DNA from: Thalia democratica
Lineage: Eukaryota
Direction: 5' to 3'
Length of the DNA stretch: 64,000 nt
Assembly (NCBI GenBank): GCA_965202585.1
Contig: OZ241832.1
Coordinates: forward strand, 37,572,001 to 37,636,000
Shown: in pieces, positions 45,701-60,700 of the stretch
How positions within the stretch are numbered: the first letter of the stretch is position 1
Layout of the letters: the number at the start of each line of letters is the position of its first letter
The notes under the pieces: model-generated
Told to the model about the DNA's origin: nothing
Databases searched by the model: none
What the model saw: only the letters and a program-made list of their open reading frames with translations
Position numbers and translations under genes: made by a program

Positions 45701-48700
45701 GTGTCACAATAACTATTTAGAATAAACAATAGACCCAAATAAATTAAGAACTATTTAGTTCATTGAATTAATCTTAGGTTTCTTAAATTGTGGTTCAATG
45801 AATATTTAAAACAGTCGATATTAAGTTATAAATTGAGTTATTTCAAAAAAAAAGTATTAATATTTAAATTAAATTAAGCGTTTATTTATGATATTTCAAA
45901 TCAACTTAAGTAAATAAACTGTCTATTTTTTTCTTTATTTAACTTTAAGCAAATAGTTTAAATTTAGTTACAACTAAAAAAATGGAAGATCATCTACGAA
46001 AACTCCCAAATTAGCTTCGTTTAAATCAGAACCAATTTTATTTATATAAATAATAGCTTTAAATAAGCATGCCTGTAAAAGTTATAGAGTGGGTATGATC
46101 TTCTATGGAAAGGAAGATAAATTGCTTTTTTGTTTTCTTCGGTAGATTTGGGCTGCTTTTTCGCGACAACACCTACAATTATTAATAACAATAAAAATTC
46201 TGGCTTAAATAGTTTGTACCAAAATTTATTACTTTTTTTAGTATAACAATTTTCTATTTTATAGTGAATGGCATATTTAAAAAACAAACTATAAGTTGAC
46301 CAAAACTAATTATAAATTTTAGTAACAAAAAATTATTGTACCACAACATTTCTTTATATATTTAAAAAGTAATGAGGTAAATGAGTAATTGAGATGTCTT
46401 TTAGTGTAAAAACTAATTTTAATTTTGAAAAATGATTTGGATTTAATTTTAGACAATTTAATAAACTTAATTTAAAAACTTTATTCAAAAACTAAATAAA
46501 TTAATTAAGAAAAATTTTGCATTGTGTACTATCTTGAAATTAATAAAACATAAATGACATTGAAAACAAAAGAACAGTTTAGGAATTCTTTTTAGAAATG
46601 AAAAAGATACTGTACGGTATATGAAACAACCTTTTGCCTGTAAATCTTTAAAAACCTCTTCTATCACTACGTCTGGAATGTTCATAGCTGAGTTTAGGGA
46701 CTGAAAAGTATTTTGGTAATTACATCATAGAATTTTATTGAAAGTTTACAGAGTTACCTTGTACTAGTTTTTTTTTTGTAAAAAACTTTAACAACAACAG
46801 TATATCCTAAATCAGATGATGGAAGCTAAAAAACTTGATCAACATAGTAAAACAACAAACACTGGTAATTATTTTTTTGCCCATTTGTAACATGCAAACT
46901 TTCTAGTTTAGAAAAGGCAAACTATCAAAAATATTAAATTATCATTAAACTATCAAGTATAAATTGCAAAGTATTTATTTTTCTGCCAAACCTTCCTGGC
47001 TTTGTCGTCCATGAAAAAGCAGCAGTACACGACGTTCTCCGCCACCCCCTTCAGCACGCAGTTGGTCGTCTTCAGCCCGGTCAGGCTGTGCTTCGGCTTC
47101 GCTTGGTTGACGTACACTCCGGATTCGATCAGCCTTTGTTGTGTTGTTAAAAAAATATTACAATTTCAAACTGAGCCAAAAAAAACCTGACTGTTAATCT
47201 TAAGTTTATCTGTCGTATAGCGTTGAAATTTATACAAATGTTTGTTATTTAAAAAAAAAAACCTAACCTGTTTTTGATGCAGTTAACAGAGTCGGGAATG
47301 TCGTAATTGAGCTCGTTCCCCTGGTTTCTTTCCCTGACAAACTCCAGCACTCTCACGTACAAGTTCTCAATTTGCTTGAATTTTTGAATATGAGGTATAG
47401 CAACAACAAAATATACATCAAACCAACAAAGCAAATGAACGTAAAATAAAATTAAAACTTTTAACCACAAGCCGAGTGACATTTACAAAACTTTTCACTG
47501 TTTAAAAATTAACTTTTAGTCAGTTCAATAAACTTTTAAATTGAGCTAATTTTTAAAAATTAGTGACTTGTAAATCAGGCAATTAAATGCTCACATTTTT
47601 GTCGTTAGAGAGTTTCACAAAGTCTTAATAATAAATAAATTTATATGCTTTTATTCAAACTATAAAAAAATAACAAAATACCTCTGGGTTGTTTTTATCT
47701 TGAAACCCTTCAAAAAACTGTTGCTTTTGTTCTTCAGTTACCGAAGTGATGCAGTCGTGCATGAGCATGCTATAACTAAAAAAAATCAAATATATATTTT
47801 AAATAACTATTTAAATATTAATTTTACTAATGTTAAGTTTTAACTTACACTTAAAACTCGCTTAACTTCAGTATAATTTTTATATTATTAATTTCTTGTC
47901 TCTGGCTATATGTCTTCAACATAATTTAAACAACCTCTTATAAAAAAGTAAAACAGCATCTGATAAAGTATGAAATTTCCTAAAAAATAAATACATGTAG
48001 ATTACATGTATTACTTGTGACCAAGAAACGTTTGTTACCTTCCTAATTGTTGTTAGTTTTATGATGGGTTGCTTATGGTGACTACAAGTTATGATAAACT
48101 GTAAAAAATCTGATCTAACAATTTACAATCAAAAACACACACGAAACATTTACTACAACAAAATGCAACTTTTAACTACTTGAAGACGTGAACTTTGTTA
48201 GCGGATTTCTGCATGAGGTGGTGGCTCCTTCTTCGCAACGAGTCGAAGTTGACGAGTTTCGCGTCGGGAAAATTTTGAAAGTACAGCTTGCAGACGAACG
48301 ACCAGGAAACGACCGTCAAATGTCTGTTTTTCTGCTTTTCCACTTTCAACTGTGCAAAACAAGAATGCGTCGACAACAAAACAACATTGAGAACAGGAAG
48401 CATTTTAATTTTTTTTGCACATTGTTTACTGAGCGCTTATGCTTAAGGTAGCTGGTAACAAGTTGTAAAAAGCAGCTAACAAAGTTTTGTATGAGGCCGG
48501 AGGTGACGCAGCAGTGAATGAGGAAGTTGTCCTGATCGTAGCTGCAAAACTTGGTCCTTCTCCTTCCAGCGCTTTCGGAATTTTCAATCATGTTCTTGCC
48601 TATTGTTTTCTGTATTTCCTCCCTCCTTCGCTGTTAACGTGTAATGTAAATTTCAGCAGAAATGTTGAAAAAAAAAATTAAACCAAACTTATTCCAGGCA

Positions 48701-51700
48701 GAGCATTTCGACTCTTACCTTGTAAATTTTATACTGAATTTTTACAGCATATAAAACAATAATATTTTTATTAAGTTTAATACAGTCTCTAAAAGATACT
48801 TTTAAAATTGGTAATAAAAAAGTAATGTAAACAATGTTTTTTGTTGTACAGTAAGAAAATTTTATCAAACATTAAAATAAAGTTTGTAGTTTAAAATATA
48901 ACTGCTGTAGATTTGTTTAACTTTTAATTTTGTTTTTCATCTTTAAACTTCTATAAGAAGCTTACATTAAAGAAGTAGTTAGACACTTTTATTTTCGTTT
49001 GACAGTTATCAGGAAGTCATTATCAAAAGTTTCTAAAAAAACAAAAATATTACAAAAAGTTTTAAAAATAATGTTAATTTTGTTACATTTTCAAAATTAA
49101 AAAAATTGAGTATTTAAACTTATTTAGACACGTCAAAGCTTTTTTGGTTTAAAAACTAAAAAGAAGTTATCTTTACCAAACAAATGAGTAACAATTTTTC
49201 TTCAAATTAAAAACAATAAAACACTTACTTTTTTAATATCCAACTTGTTTGGTTGCTTAGGCTTTTTCTGTGATAGAATATTTAAATATAATAAAGTAAA
49301 TGTTAAGAAATTAAACAAATCAAATTTAAATAAATTATAACTTTAAATATTATAACTTGTTAAAATAAAATAATCATTAAGAAAAATTAAACCTATTTAT
49401 AAAATCTTCCATTTAATTCCCATTGTAAAAATATTTCAAGATAATATTAACAATAAAGTTATAAACTAAATTGCAAAATTCCAAAACTGAGTACAACTTT
49501 AAGATAAATTCAAGAATTCCAAAAAAACTGTATTGCTTTTTCAAACTAACTATTTACTGTGTTTATAGAATTAAAATAATATATCAATTATATTAAGTTC
49601 AGTATTTAACACTATCAACTTTCTCATTATTTCTAATCAGTTATAGTTTTTTTCCGGTCACACAAAGTTAGTTTTAAGAAGATAAGTTAAAACTAACTCG
49701 TTTCAAAACTTTTGATTGATTTTTAACAACGGCTCCACCTGGAAATTGAATACTGTTTATATAACAATTTTCTTTTTTTTTTCTCAACTATTATTATCAA
49801 ACTAACTTGTAGTGGGTGAGTATAAAAAATTTAAGCAGATTATTTTTTTTCTTACAGGTTATAAAGTTAGACTAAGGTAAAGAACAAGAAGGTTTATTTA
49901 TGTTTACAATTATTTCATTATTAAGTATAGTTTAGATAGGAAATAAATAAATAAAAAATAGTAAAAAATGTTAGAAATAAAGTTAAAAAAATAAAATATT
50001 ACATTTCTTACGAACATGGTTGTCACAAGGATATTACAGTCAAAAACTTATCAACTATAACCTTGATTTTTATAAACTCTGATGTTTTCAAATAAATTGA
50101 ACAGTAATATATTTTTGCTGTAAATAAGTAAAACCGAAAAAAAAGTTGTACATTTTTTGAATTAACTATCTTATAAGTTTTATGTGATGCCAGTAAACTT
50201 TTACGAGAATTTTTTTGACAGCCTTATAATTATTTTTTTGAATTTAGTCAATAAAAATATTAAAAAAGTTATTAGTGTATTTATTTCTAAACTTTTTATA
50301 CTGACTTTAAACTTATCTTAATAGTTTAATTTTGTTTTTCATTTTTATGCTTTAACGCCAATTAAAGATTATAATAAAACATATTGAAAAATACCAAATT
50401 TTCATCAAACTTGTCAAATTTAAAAACTATGCTTTTTAAAAAAAACGGTTTTAAAAAAAATGAACTAATCGTTTTAAACAATCATTAAGACATTAATAGA
50501 AACATTAGTATAAGCCAAAATCTTAGTTTTATTTAGACAACAAAAATTTCATCACGGACTACTTTTTTTTCAGCTAAAATACTCATTATAAAAGTTGTAA
50601 ACTTACAGTTAAGCCTTTTTAACTTTGCTTCTTTTTTAGTTGAATCAGTATTTTTCCTTTTCAGATTTGGTTTTTCTTCAGCAATCTATTTTAAAAACAT
50701 TTTAGCGAAAAAATAAAAAACTTTAAAGACGTAAAAATCGTGATGGATTTCAAAACGCTCAAAACTTTAAAGCAGGACTTCCTAAACTTTATTTTTTCTA
50801 AAGGCCCCTTTTGAACAAATTAAAAAGCTATGCCTCCCTCCAACAAAATTTCTCAGAAGAATACCATTAAGACAGCCTAAGACCTTTATTTTTCTTACTC
50901 ATCATCAACTCAAGAAGTGTAAGTTTCAAACCATGACCTCATGGTCCCCTGTGAATTATGTTTCATGCCACCCCCTCCTTTAGCCCCATAAAGTTCTGTA
51001 ATGGCCCCCAAGGGCGCCACATAGCCCAGTTTGGAAAACCCTGCTTTAAAGCAAACTTGATATAAAAATATACTGCGTTGCAGCCAAATTTATTCAGGTG
51101 TATTTGAAAATGATAATATTTTTGAGTATTTTTGGAATTAAAACATAAACATAAGCGAACATGCAAAATTAATTAATTGAGAAAGACCAAACAGCTAATT
51201 GTTTACTAAACATTAGTTAAATTCTTTAAGATAGATCATAAAAATAGTACATCAAACAAAGATAGTGTATGTAGCAATTGAAAATTTGCAGACAATTTTT
51301 CAAACATTAGTGTTGATTAGACTTCAATTCCCAGGAGTTGTACAAACAAATAACACTCGTATAAGTATTTAAGTGATGAAACAATCAAAAATACACTACA
51401 AATTTAATAAAAATATTAAATATGCTAGCTTGTGATAAAAAAGCACACAATCAAAGTTAGTCATTTTCACGGTACAACATGCTCACAGACACGATGCGAA
51501 AACTAACCTTCAGCTTTATTTTTAGAGCGGGTTTTGTCTGTAAGGAATAAAAACAATAATAGTTGTTTAAATAATTTAAATAAAAACATTCAACAAAACA
51601 AAAAAAAAAATTATACAATCCTACCTTTTTGCCCACGCGTTTCCAGTTTCTGTACAAATGCACGAAGAGAGATGAATCCAAACCGGCAGCCCCAAGACCA

Positions 51701-54700
51701 TCGCCCGGTTGAGTTCCATCATCTTCTATACTTGTCGTCCTGTTTTCGCATAAATAAGTAAAAATTGAAAAAATGTTTGTAAAACTTGCCTTGCCTATTG
51801 TTAAAAACTTTAAAAGTTTTTACATATCATTATAGCATCTCATGTCACCCTTTTAAGCTCTTCATATTTTTGTAAGACGGTTCTAATGATTTTAACCTTA
51901 TGTTAAACCCACAAACCCATATTTTAGCGATTTTTAAAAAGTGTATAAACATCCTTCCGAACAACAAAAACTCACAATGCTACGCTAACAAAACTTTATT
52001 TGCAAACGAAAACTCACAGCTTTATGTGCATGCTGACGAACTGCTTCATCTTCGCCTCCTTCCGCGCCGCCTTCTCCTCCAGGTTGGCCTTCAAATGCTC
52101 CCGCCTGTTCAGCTTGGTCGTCTGGCTGTACTTCTGCAGGTCGTACCAGTAGCTACGGACGTCCTCGTACTCGTTCAGCCGGTACCAGGTCACCGGGTAC
52201 TCCTGGTCGGTGGATACCTTGCTGTAGCTGCGGTTTTGTTTGAAAGGGTTTGTTTTGGTTATTTTTTTATAAGAAATCGGCTGTTCACCTAGTAGCTGGG
52301 GTAAAATCTAGCTTAAAGACTTACAGCAACTTTTCAATCTAACATTTGAAACCCTGTTACTTAAAAACTTAGTAGCGCTCTTTTTATAAAACGATAAAAT
52401 AATTTTAATTAAAATTTTAGTTTTAATGTCTATAGTACTACCGGTTTAATAAACAACAGAACTTTACTTAAACTAGAATATTTAGAATTTTAAATACTTA
52501 TTGTTTTATTAATTATTATAAACATCTTATTGATTGACTTTTTCTTACAATTATGCTATAGAAAAAGCAATCTACTTAAATATTTATGCCAAAAAAAAAC
52601 AACAAACTTTGGCTTAGATGTAGAAGTATCCTTCAATTTCAAAGTTTTGTGGACATAGACCTTCTCCTGATTAAATAAAACTTAAAGTTGAGTAACGTAT
52701 ACATCTAAGAATTTAGAATGCAGTGCGGTAAATGTAGAAGTGCAAGTTTTAAAGTTTAGAAATATTTTTATCTATGACTACAAAAGGAAAAAGAGTAAGT
52801 GAAAAAAATAAAATATAATTTTTTTAATTAATTAGTAAAACACCGATATTTACAGCAAAAATAATCAAAAGTAGCTTTGTTCTATTTCAAATAGTAAGAT
52901 AATATTTTTTTTAATGTTATTAGGTAAAAGTATTAACAACTACGTTTATATAAATAGCACTTTTTTGCAGAAACTCCGAGCAAAAATTATTTTTTAAGTG
53001 TATACAGTAAGGACCGTATAAAGCTACTTCAGCTGTAAAAATGATTACTTTTGGTTTACAGCTAAGATTTATTATACTTTTAAAAATTACATTTTTAGAA
53101 ATAAGACAAAATTATACATAAAACTTATATTTTAACTGAGATAAGAAATAAAAAGAAATAAACTTAACAAACAAAAAAAGAATAAAAATAATTGTTTTAA
53201 CTTTGTTAGCAGCGCTTATTTAAACTTGCATCAAGTTGTTTGTTTATCAAACTAACATCTACTGTGTTGCCTCGGGTTTTCCTGTGGGTCCTCTGGGTGA
53301 TCAAGCCCATGAAGCACAATCGGTCCAGTGTGTCGTAGAACGAGCTCAGGTAATCTCTAAAATTCCAACTGATATGATAAACAACTAACCACTTTTCTAA
53401 GTTTAATGTTAAATGCAAAAAAAAAAGTCACAGATGATTAAAAATTTTACTTCATCAGAAAAATAAAGTTTAAGAGCTTTAATAGAGCTTTCTAGCTGCC
53501 AATATAATATATTTTTTTTTAATAATCAAAGTTATTAATACCGGCTTGGAATGATATTTTCAGTCCTAAGGGGAAGTTGACGTACCAAGTAGTTTATTTT
53601 TTCCGGATCAGTCAAATACTCCATCAGAGCAGTCTGATAAAAAAAATGATATAATTACAATTTAGCAAAATAGTATGAATGCGTACAATTTATTTTTCTA
53701 AATATTATTAATTTTTTTAATAAGATTTAGACAAGTACACTGTGTTGATTCTGCATTTGGGAGTAGAGATCTTTGTTTATTGTCTTTAAAAAACTATTTC
53801 TATAACAACATATTCAAAAAACACAACTCTAACTTTTATCTAAAACTCACACAAACATTAATAGCATGAGCAATTTAGTACTGTAATTCAATTTAAACCG
53901 TAAAAACTAACAGAAACGTTGATGTCGTGAAAGCTGCACAGTATCGAGAGCGGAAGCTGCGCAATCAGGTCTCTGATGGTCAGCCAACCGGGCTCGGCCG
54001 ACGGTATCGGCGGGAGGTACCTGCAATTTGACAAAACAGTAAACTCAAAGAACGGCAGTTTCAGTTGAACTCTGCGCGACTCTTACCTTTTCCAGCCCCG
54101 GAACTTTGCGTTCGTGTATATCTCGTTGAAGCAGTGCATGCGGCTCTGGTCCGGGTGCCCGTAGGCCAGGTACCAAATGTACTCGTGGATCAGCTGAAAG
54201 TTTAAAGTTTGCAACTAAAAATGCATAAGGCGATATTTGAAAATTGAGTTACCTGGGCGCGGCCAAACTTTGCTTTGCGGCACAGATCTTTGTCCGTTAT
54301 GAGCTTGGACATCTTCTTGAGGTCTTCTTCTTTTACCAACGGAGCGGGCTTGTTACTCGAGATCGGCTAAAATTACTTATAAGTTATTATGCTTTCGAGT
54401 AAATCAAAAATTGTAGTTGGTATTTGTAAATCAAATCTTAATTTTACCAGGCTGTCACTGCTGTGTAAACGCGAAACTAACCAATAAATCACTTTGTCTT
54501 CTGTAGTCGTTCATGTAAAGTTTAAATTTGCTACTGTGCTTTGCTTGCTCTATGTCCTTTTGAGTGGCACATTTCGATATGACATATTCAACCTGAGATT
54601 TTTCAAGTTACTTTTAGCTAACTTTAAGTTTTATAAATTTAGACATACAAAGTTAAGTTTAGTAGCCTTCAAGAAATAAACCAGACTAGTAAGTGAAAAA

Positions 54701-57700
54701 TTTATCAGTCTAACAGTACAAAATTTGCTTATCTTTTATTATTTGATATAATTATAATCATATTAATAGCAACATAACGTTCAACTAATTTATATTTTAG
54801 TTGGCTTTGTTTCAGTTTTATGTATAAATTAAAATTAATGTTTACTATTTTTAAAAAAACTGCGTTTGGTGGTATTTCGGACACAAACAGAAATCTTGTA
54901 GATGATCAACTTTAATTTTTATTTGTTCCCATACGAACTATACTTTGTAAATTCAATTTTACACGCGCTTTTTTACAGTTTTTACGATTGCAAACAACAA
55001 GCAAAACAAATACCATTTCTCGAGACTCTCCGAACTCAACTTCAATTTTTCTGCGCTCCAAATGGCCTTGATCTTCCAACTTGTCCAAATAGCGCTTCAA
55101 AGTCTTCTTGTCTAGTTTTTCCTCTAAAAAACGTATTGTGAAAGTTATTTATTTTGCTACAACTTTTTAAAGGATTTTGTACTATTTACAACTTTTTAAA
55201 GGATTTTGTATGTTTTATAACTTATAAAAGGATTTTATATTTTGTTGTAACTTTTTAAAGGATTTTATATTTTCTACAACTTTTTAAAGGATTTTATATT
55301 TTTTATAACTTATTAAAGGATTTTACATTTTTTATAACTTATTAAAAGATTTTATATTTTGTTATAACTTTTTAAACGACTTGTATGAAAATGTTAAAAG
55401 TCACACTTTTGCTCTTCAATCAATATTCCGTTATGAGTTTTGCTTTCAAACTTTCTGCCCTTTACACAGACGAAGTTATTTACTCACATAAATTGAGATT
55501 TTTTTCAGGATGGCTTTATAAAGACCATAAATAAACTTTTAATAATAAAAATTATAGCTTGAATAAATAACTTTTTTAACGGACTCGTTGGCAATAACAT
55601 GATTTTATTTGTTTTTACCAAAAAAATCTTAACTGATACAAACTTCAAAGTTTTAATTTATAATGCCAAAAAATGACTACCAGATTTGATACGTATTGTG
55701 TTTTAGCTTAGTGCTACCTCGCAGCTCATGGCTTTCGATAAATACTCTATAAAAGCGATATAAACGGCTACAAAAAATATAAATTAGCAGTAAACTTTTT
55801 CAGTGGGCAGTAGTATACTAAACTATGCTTATCAACCATGAAAACGCTGCTCCTAGATTCATCAATTTACTATACATATCTATTAAATGTATATGTGTAT
55901 ATCACTTTTAGTTTCTGTAGCAATTTGTGTAAAGAATTTATCAGCAACAGCAATTTATTACAAATTTTCACTATACTCACTATAGTTATCACTGCTTGAC
56001 AAAGTTCAAAGTTACGTACAATGAGGAAAAGTAGGGTTTTGATAATATCAATGAAGGTGATATGCTGTTTTGAATGAAAAACAAAGCTAAACGCTTTTCA
56101 AAAGCTGAATTTATTAATGCTTTAAAACTTTAACAAACAAAACTCTGTTCAAAAAAAAAATCATAAGAAACGTAAAACTAGTACTTCTATCTGGGAAAAG
56201 TTCGAGCTCCTTTTCTTGACATTCTTTCTTGATCAATGTTGTTCCTTCGACGACTTTGTGCTTCTTCATGAACTGAAGAATATATCCTTGTCTTTGCAAC
56301 GACTTGGCAGTTTGAACTTTTCTCTGGAACAGTTATTTGTGTTTAGGTAATATAATCACAGCTGCAACAGTTAGTATACACTCAAAAGTATTAAAGTTAT
56401 CACATAACTAAAACGATACTTATAGTTTTCAGTGACGCGTTTGTTAAACTTTAACTAACCAAATCACTTGTTGTTGTTGAACTTTTTTCCGGTGACTTTG
56501 TGTTGTTTCTGTGAAAAAAAAAAGATTAAAAATTGTCAAATATTTTACACTTAATACTTTTTTTAACCTAAAAAAGGTAAAAATACAAGGAATACTGTTT
56601 TTTCTAGCCATGTCAAAAATCGAGTGGTTAAAAAGTACAAACACTTTCAAAAAATTACAAACACGCACACTAAGGCAACAGCCATTTCCGGTTCTTCGGG
56701 TCGAGCAACTTCTTCGGGTTCGTCATGGTCGATTTGCTTTGCGAAATCGTCGAACGTAACAGACGGCAGCCTGACGTTTTTCAACTGTTTGCTGCCGCTG
56801 CCGATCTGCGCTTCTATCTCAACCGCCAACTCGGACTCTTGCTCCCTGATGCTTTCCTCAGTTTCTAACAAAATTTAGAAAACTGTATGAATTAGAGTGC
56901 TCTATACATGAGATCTTAATCATTAAAATTATATAAATTTTTTTTTAAGCTCTGTAGATCTATTCAGGAGAAACAGTTTCAGCCAAAGTAAAAATCGTTG
57001 AATAAAATTTTGAATAAAAAAAAAATTACAAAAATTTTTCAAATAAATTTCCTACACACATGTGGCAATACAACACGAAAAAAAGGCCCTTACTTTTTAC
57101 GATTTCGTTGTAGTCGGTTTTCGCTTTGGCCATCTGCAACGTTAAGAGGCTCTTGTGGGCCACAGAGTTCGGGATGAGCCTTTTTTCGCGCTGACTTTTT
57201 TTGTCGACTATCACCGACTGTTAAATAGTTTTTGGGATTTAAAAAATCCATAGAGATTTTTTTTCTGGAACCAAAACTTGTTAAGCTAAATTAGACAAAA
57301 GCGTTAGGATTCCTATAAAGAAGTAATAGTAAAATAAATTAAAACTTCTCTGCATCAGTTTATAATTTTAGCGCTACAAAGAAATTTTAATCAAATTGTA
57401 TTTACAAATCATCAGTTTATAAACCTATATTACTATTGATGCTTAGCTTTTGCTATTACTTACTTATCAATTAGCAAAAAGCGTGTTATATAAAAAACCA
57501 AACCGTAACAAAATATAAGAAGCTACGCTAGCGAGTTTATATAAAAATGCAGTTTATACGTTTTTAGTTAACAAACTTTGAACAGTTTGGTTCTGTCGAG
57601 CACTCGGAATATGTGACGAGCTTCCAACTTTCCGAACAACCGAATTAAATCTTGCAGGTCGTTCTGACTGCAGCCGGCCCCCGCCTTGGTCATCACTGCA

Positions 57701-60700
57701 AAGTTTATTTGTTTAAAAACGCACCTCGATTTTTTTACCTGTTTAACTTTGTCCCGCGCTAGTGTTTCTTCTAGGCTTTTGAAAAACTTTTTGGGAATTT
57801 GTTTTTCAAAACTGAAAACAGAAAAACTTTTAAATATGTAACAGCAACCTGAATAGAAGCTAGTATACGTACTAGCTGGACCACACAATCAAAATTAATG
57901 AACAGTTTTTTTTTCAAACCGATGGTTTTATTTTATAATTAATTGTTCTAAAAACCAAACCTTCAACTTATTTTAAGTTTTAAATCAGAGGTTTTATAGA
58001 TTTATGGTGTTATTAAATAAATTGAGAACTTAAAAAAAACTTTTCTTTACAATACAACAAAATGAATTAAAAAGAAAGTATTTTATTTACTATAAATACA
58101 AAAATTAACTTTTTAATATGGTGAAAACTTTACTTAAAAAATCCTTAGTACTTTTTTTATCAGTATCATGTCAGTATTAAATCAAAAACTTCTACTCATG
58201 TTGCGTAAGTACCAATGATAAGGTACTTTAGCAGCATAAATAAAATTTGAAAGAATGTTTATAAATCTTCATAAAACTAAGTAGACCTGGACAACTATAT
58301 CCTTATACTAGTTTAATTCTTATAAACGTTAGAATTATTACGAAATAGCGTGAAACAGTTCAACCTACGCTTGTGAAAATGAACAGTAAAAACGCACCGT
58401 ATCTGTAACACTGGGTGATGAGACTGAACTCTCTTACGCAGTCGGGCGCGTCGTTCGCTTCGTCGTGAGAACACCTGACGCTGCTGATGTCTTTCACTCC
58501 GTTACTGTTGCTCTGCTCCCCGCCACTTTGCTGTTTGTCGATAAAAGAATAAGAAAAAAAAACAAGAAATTTAATTCTCATGTGAGTAAATTTATGTTAA
58601 TACTTTTTTGAAGAATTTCCATGTTGTTAGGTTTGTTTACTTTTTGAGAATACTTCTACTTTTTCTATAAAGTTTGTACGTATAAAATAAAAAATATTTA
58701 TTTAACTCTATACTGTAGTGCTAATTTTTTTTTTGCCTTTCTTATGTTTATTTTAACTTTTGTTTTTTTAGGGATTTCTTTATACATTCTTCAAAAATAA
58801 GTTATATTTATATCTACAAAACTAAGCAGAAACAGAACAAATAAACTTTAGTAAATAGACCCTGAAAAATTTACAGAGACAATCGAATCATACTCACATC
58901 ATCATACACCGCATGCTGAAACATTCTGTTATTGCTAGAATATTTCAATTTTTTCGAGACATCTTTTATTTCGCCTTTAGCTACTAGTTTGTTTTTCATT
59001 TTCTTGAAACGAGCATCTTTAATATTCTGAAAACATTGAAAACAATGTAAGTGACGTTTTTAAGTAATCAAAACAAATAAAATCTTATAACCCACATAAG
59101 TGCTTTTGATGAGAATAAGAAAAAACAATTAGTAGCTTACACTGTATATTTTAAGTTTAAATATAAATGACGAGCATAAGAGAAGCCCCTAAGTGACGGC
59201 AAAAGTGGGCAAAAGTGATAAAGCATGGTTTTCATATTTTTATAGAAAATCAAAATACTTGAAAAAAATATAAAAAAGCTTAATTTTTACTATTTAAGTA
59301 CTAAATTTGATTTGAGAAAACTCTTAGTGCCAGCTTCTAAAAATACACTTGAAATAACGTAAGGTATGCCATCATCCTTGTTACACAAAATCAAACACAT
59401 ATATATCTTAACATAAAACAGCACTCATCAAACCATTATTTTCTTCAGGTTCACCCAGGACATCGACCCGTCTTCCGTTTCCTTCAAAATTTTCTTCACC
59501 CTCTCCCTGAACAGCTGGAACGGGTTGGGCAGTTCCCGCCATTTCGTGGCCAGCTGGAAGAGAATCTGGTGCGTCATCTTGCCCGTCAACGGACTGTGAA
59601 ACGAATTGATCGGAATATAAAATTATGCATGTATTGTCTTAGTGAGTAAACAGAACTTCTTACGGTATTTTGAAACTACTTGGGCATATTGCTTCAAATA
59701 ATAGTAGGTGTGAATCATTTAAAAACTAGTGTCTAAAACAAAAAATGTGTTTTAACATTTGTTATTTGCACAATAAAAAGTTTTTGAATAAATGAAAGTT
59801 TGTGCAGTTTCTTTTTTGACTTGTTTCTTATTACACAGTAGTTTAGAGCTTTTTAGCATGATGATTATTTTATACCTCAAGTTACTCTTTTAAACTTATT
59901 ATTATTGAAAACCAAACAAACTTCATGTAGTCGTGACTCTGCTTGTATATGAGGTTGCTTTCCACCAGCTCGTTTGTAATAAAACTTGAATGAGAGTTGT
60001 TTGAATCGCTATTAAAATGAAAATATTTTTTAAAGGTCGTAATATCAAACAGTACTGTTTCAACTTACTACTAGGGTATAAAAATACTCAAAGTTGTAAA
60101 AACTTTTTGTATGTCTAAGATCATTGTAAAATGGGTGCACGACTATTCAAATTCAGACAATTCAAAATCCGGCAATTCAATTTTTAAAATTAAATTGAAA
60201 GGGCCACAGTTAAAAATGTAATGTATATTTGTCAAATATAAAAAACACATATGTAGGTCTTATTAATATTCACAAGCCAATTTTGCTTTTTGCAAATCAT
60301 TATATATTTTTTGAGATATGTCTTAAATTAAGTAAAAAACATATTTATTTCTAGTAATTTTAAAATATCTTAAAAAATATTTAAGATTTTGTAAGAAAGA
60401 AAAAGTTGCTTGTAGATATTAATAAGATCTACATAAGTTTTTTTTTTTTTTTCAAATTTATATTATTTTTTAAGATATAGCCTTTAAAATATTTTTAAGA
60501 ACTTGAATCGTCGGAATTTGAGTTGTGCGAATTTGAATTGTCATGTAACCATGTCAATGTGATGTCAATGTAGTTTGTAAGAATGTAAAATCATTGTACC
60601 AAGATAATCTAACATAATTATTAAATGAAACTAAACCAAAGACGAATTGAATTTAATTTGCTTTGAATTTCACCCTGAAACCTGGACCTTCCAATTCTTT

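Noticed and set aside
55151-55380. CRISPR-like array
   Set aside because: The ~29-bp units are contiguous with no unique spacers, in a eukaryotic intron; it is a minisatellite.
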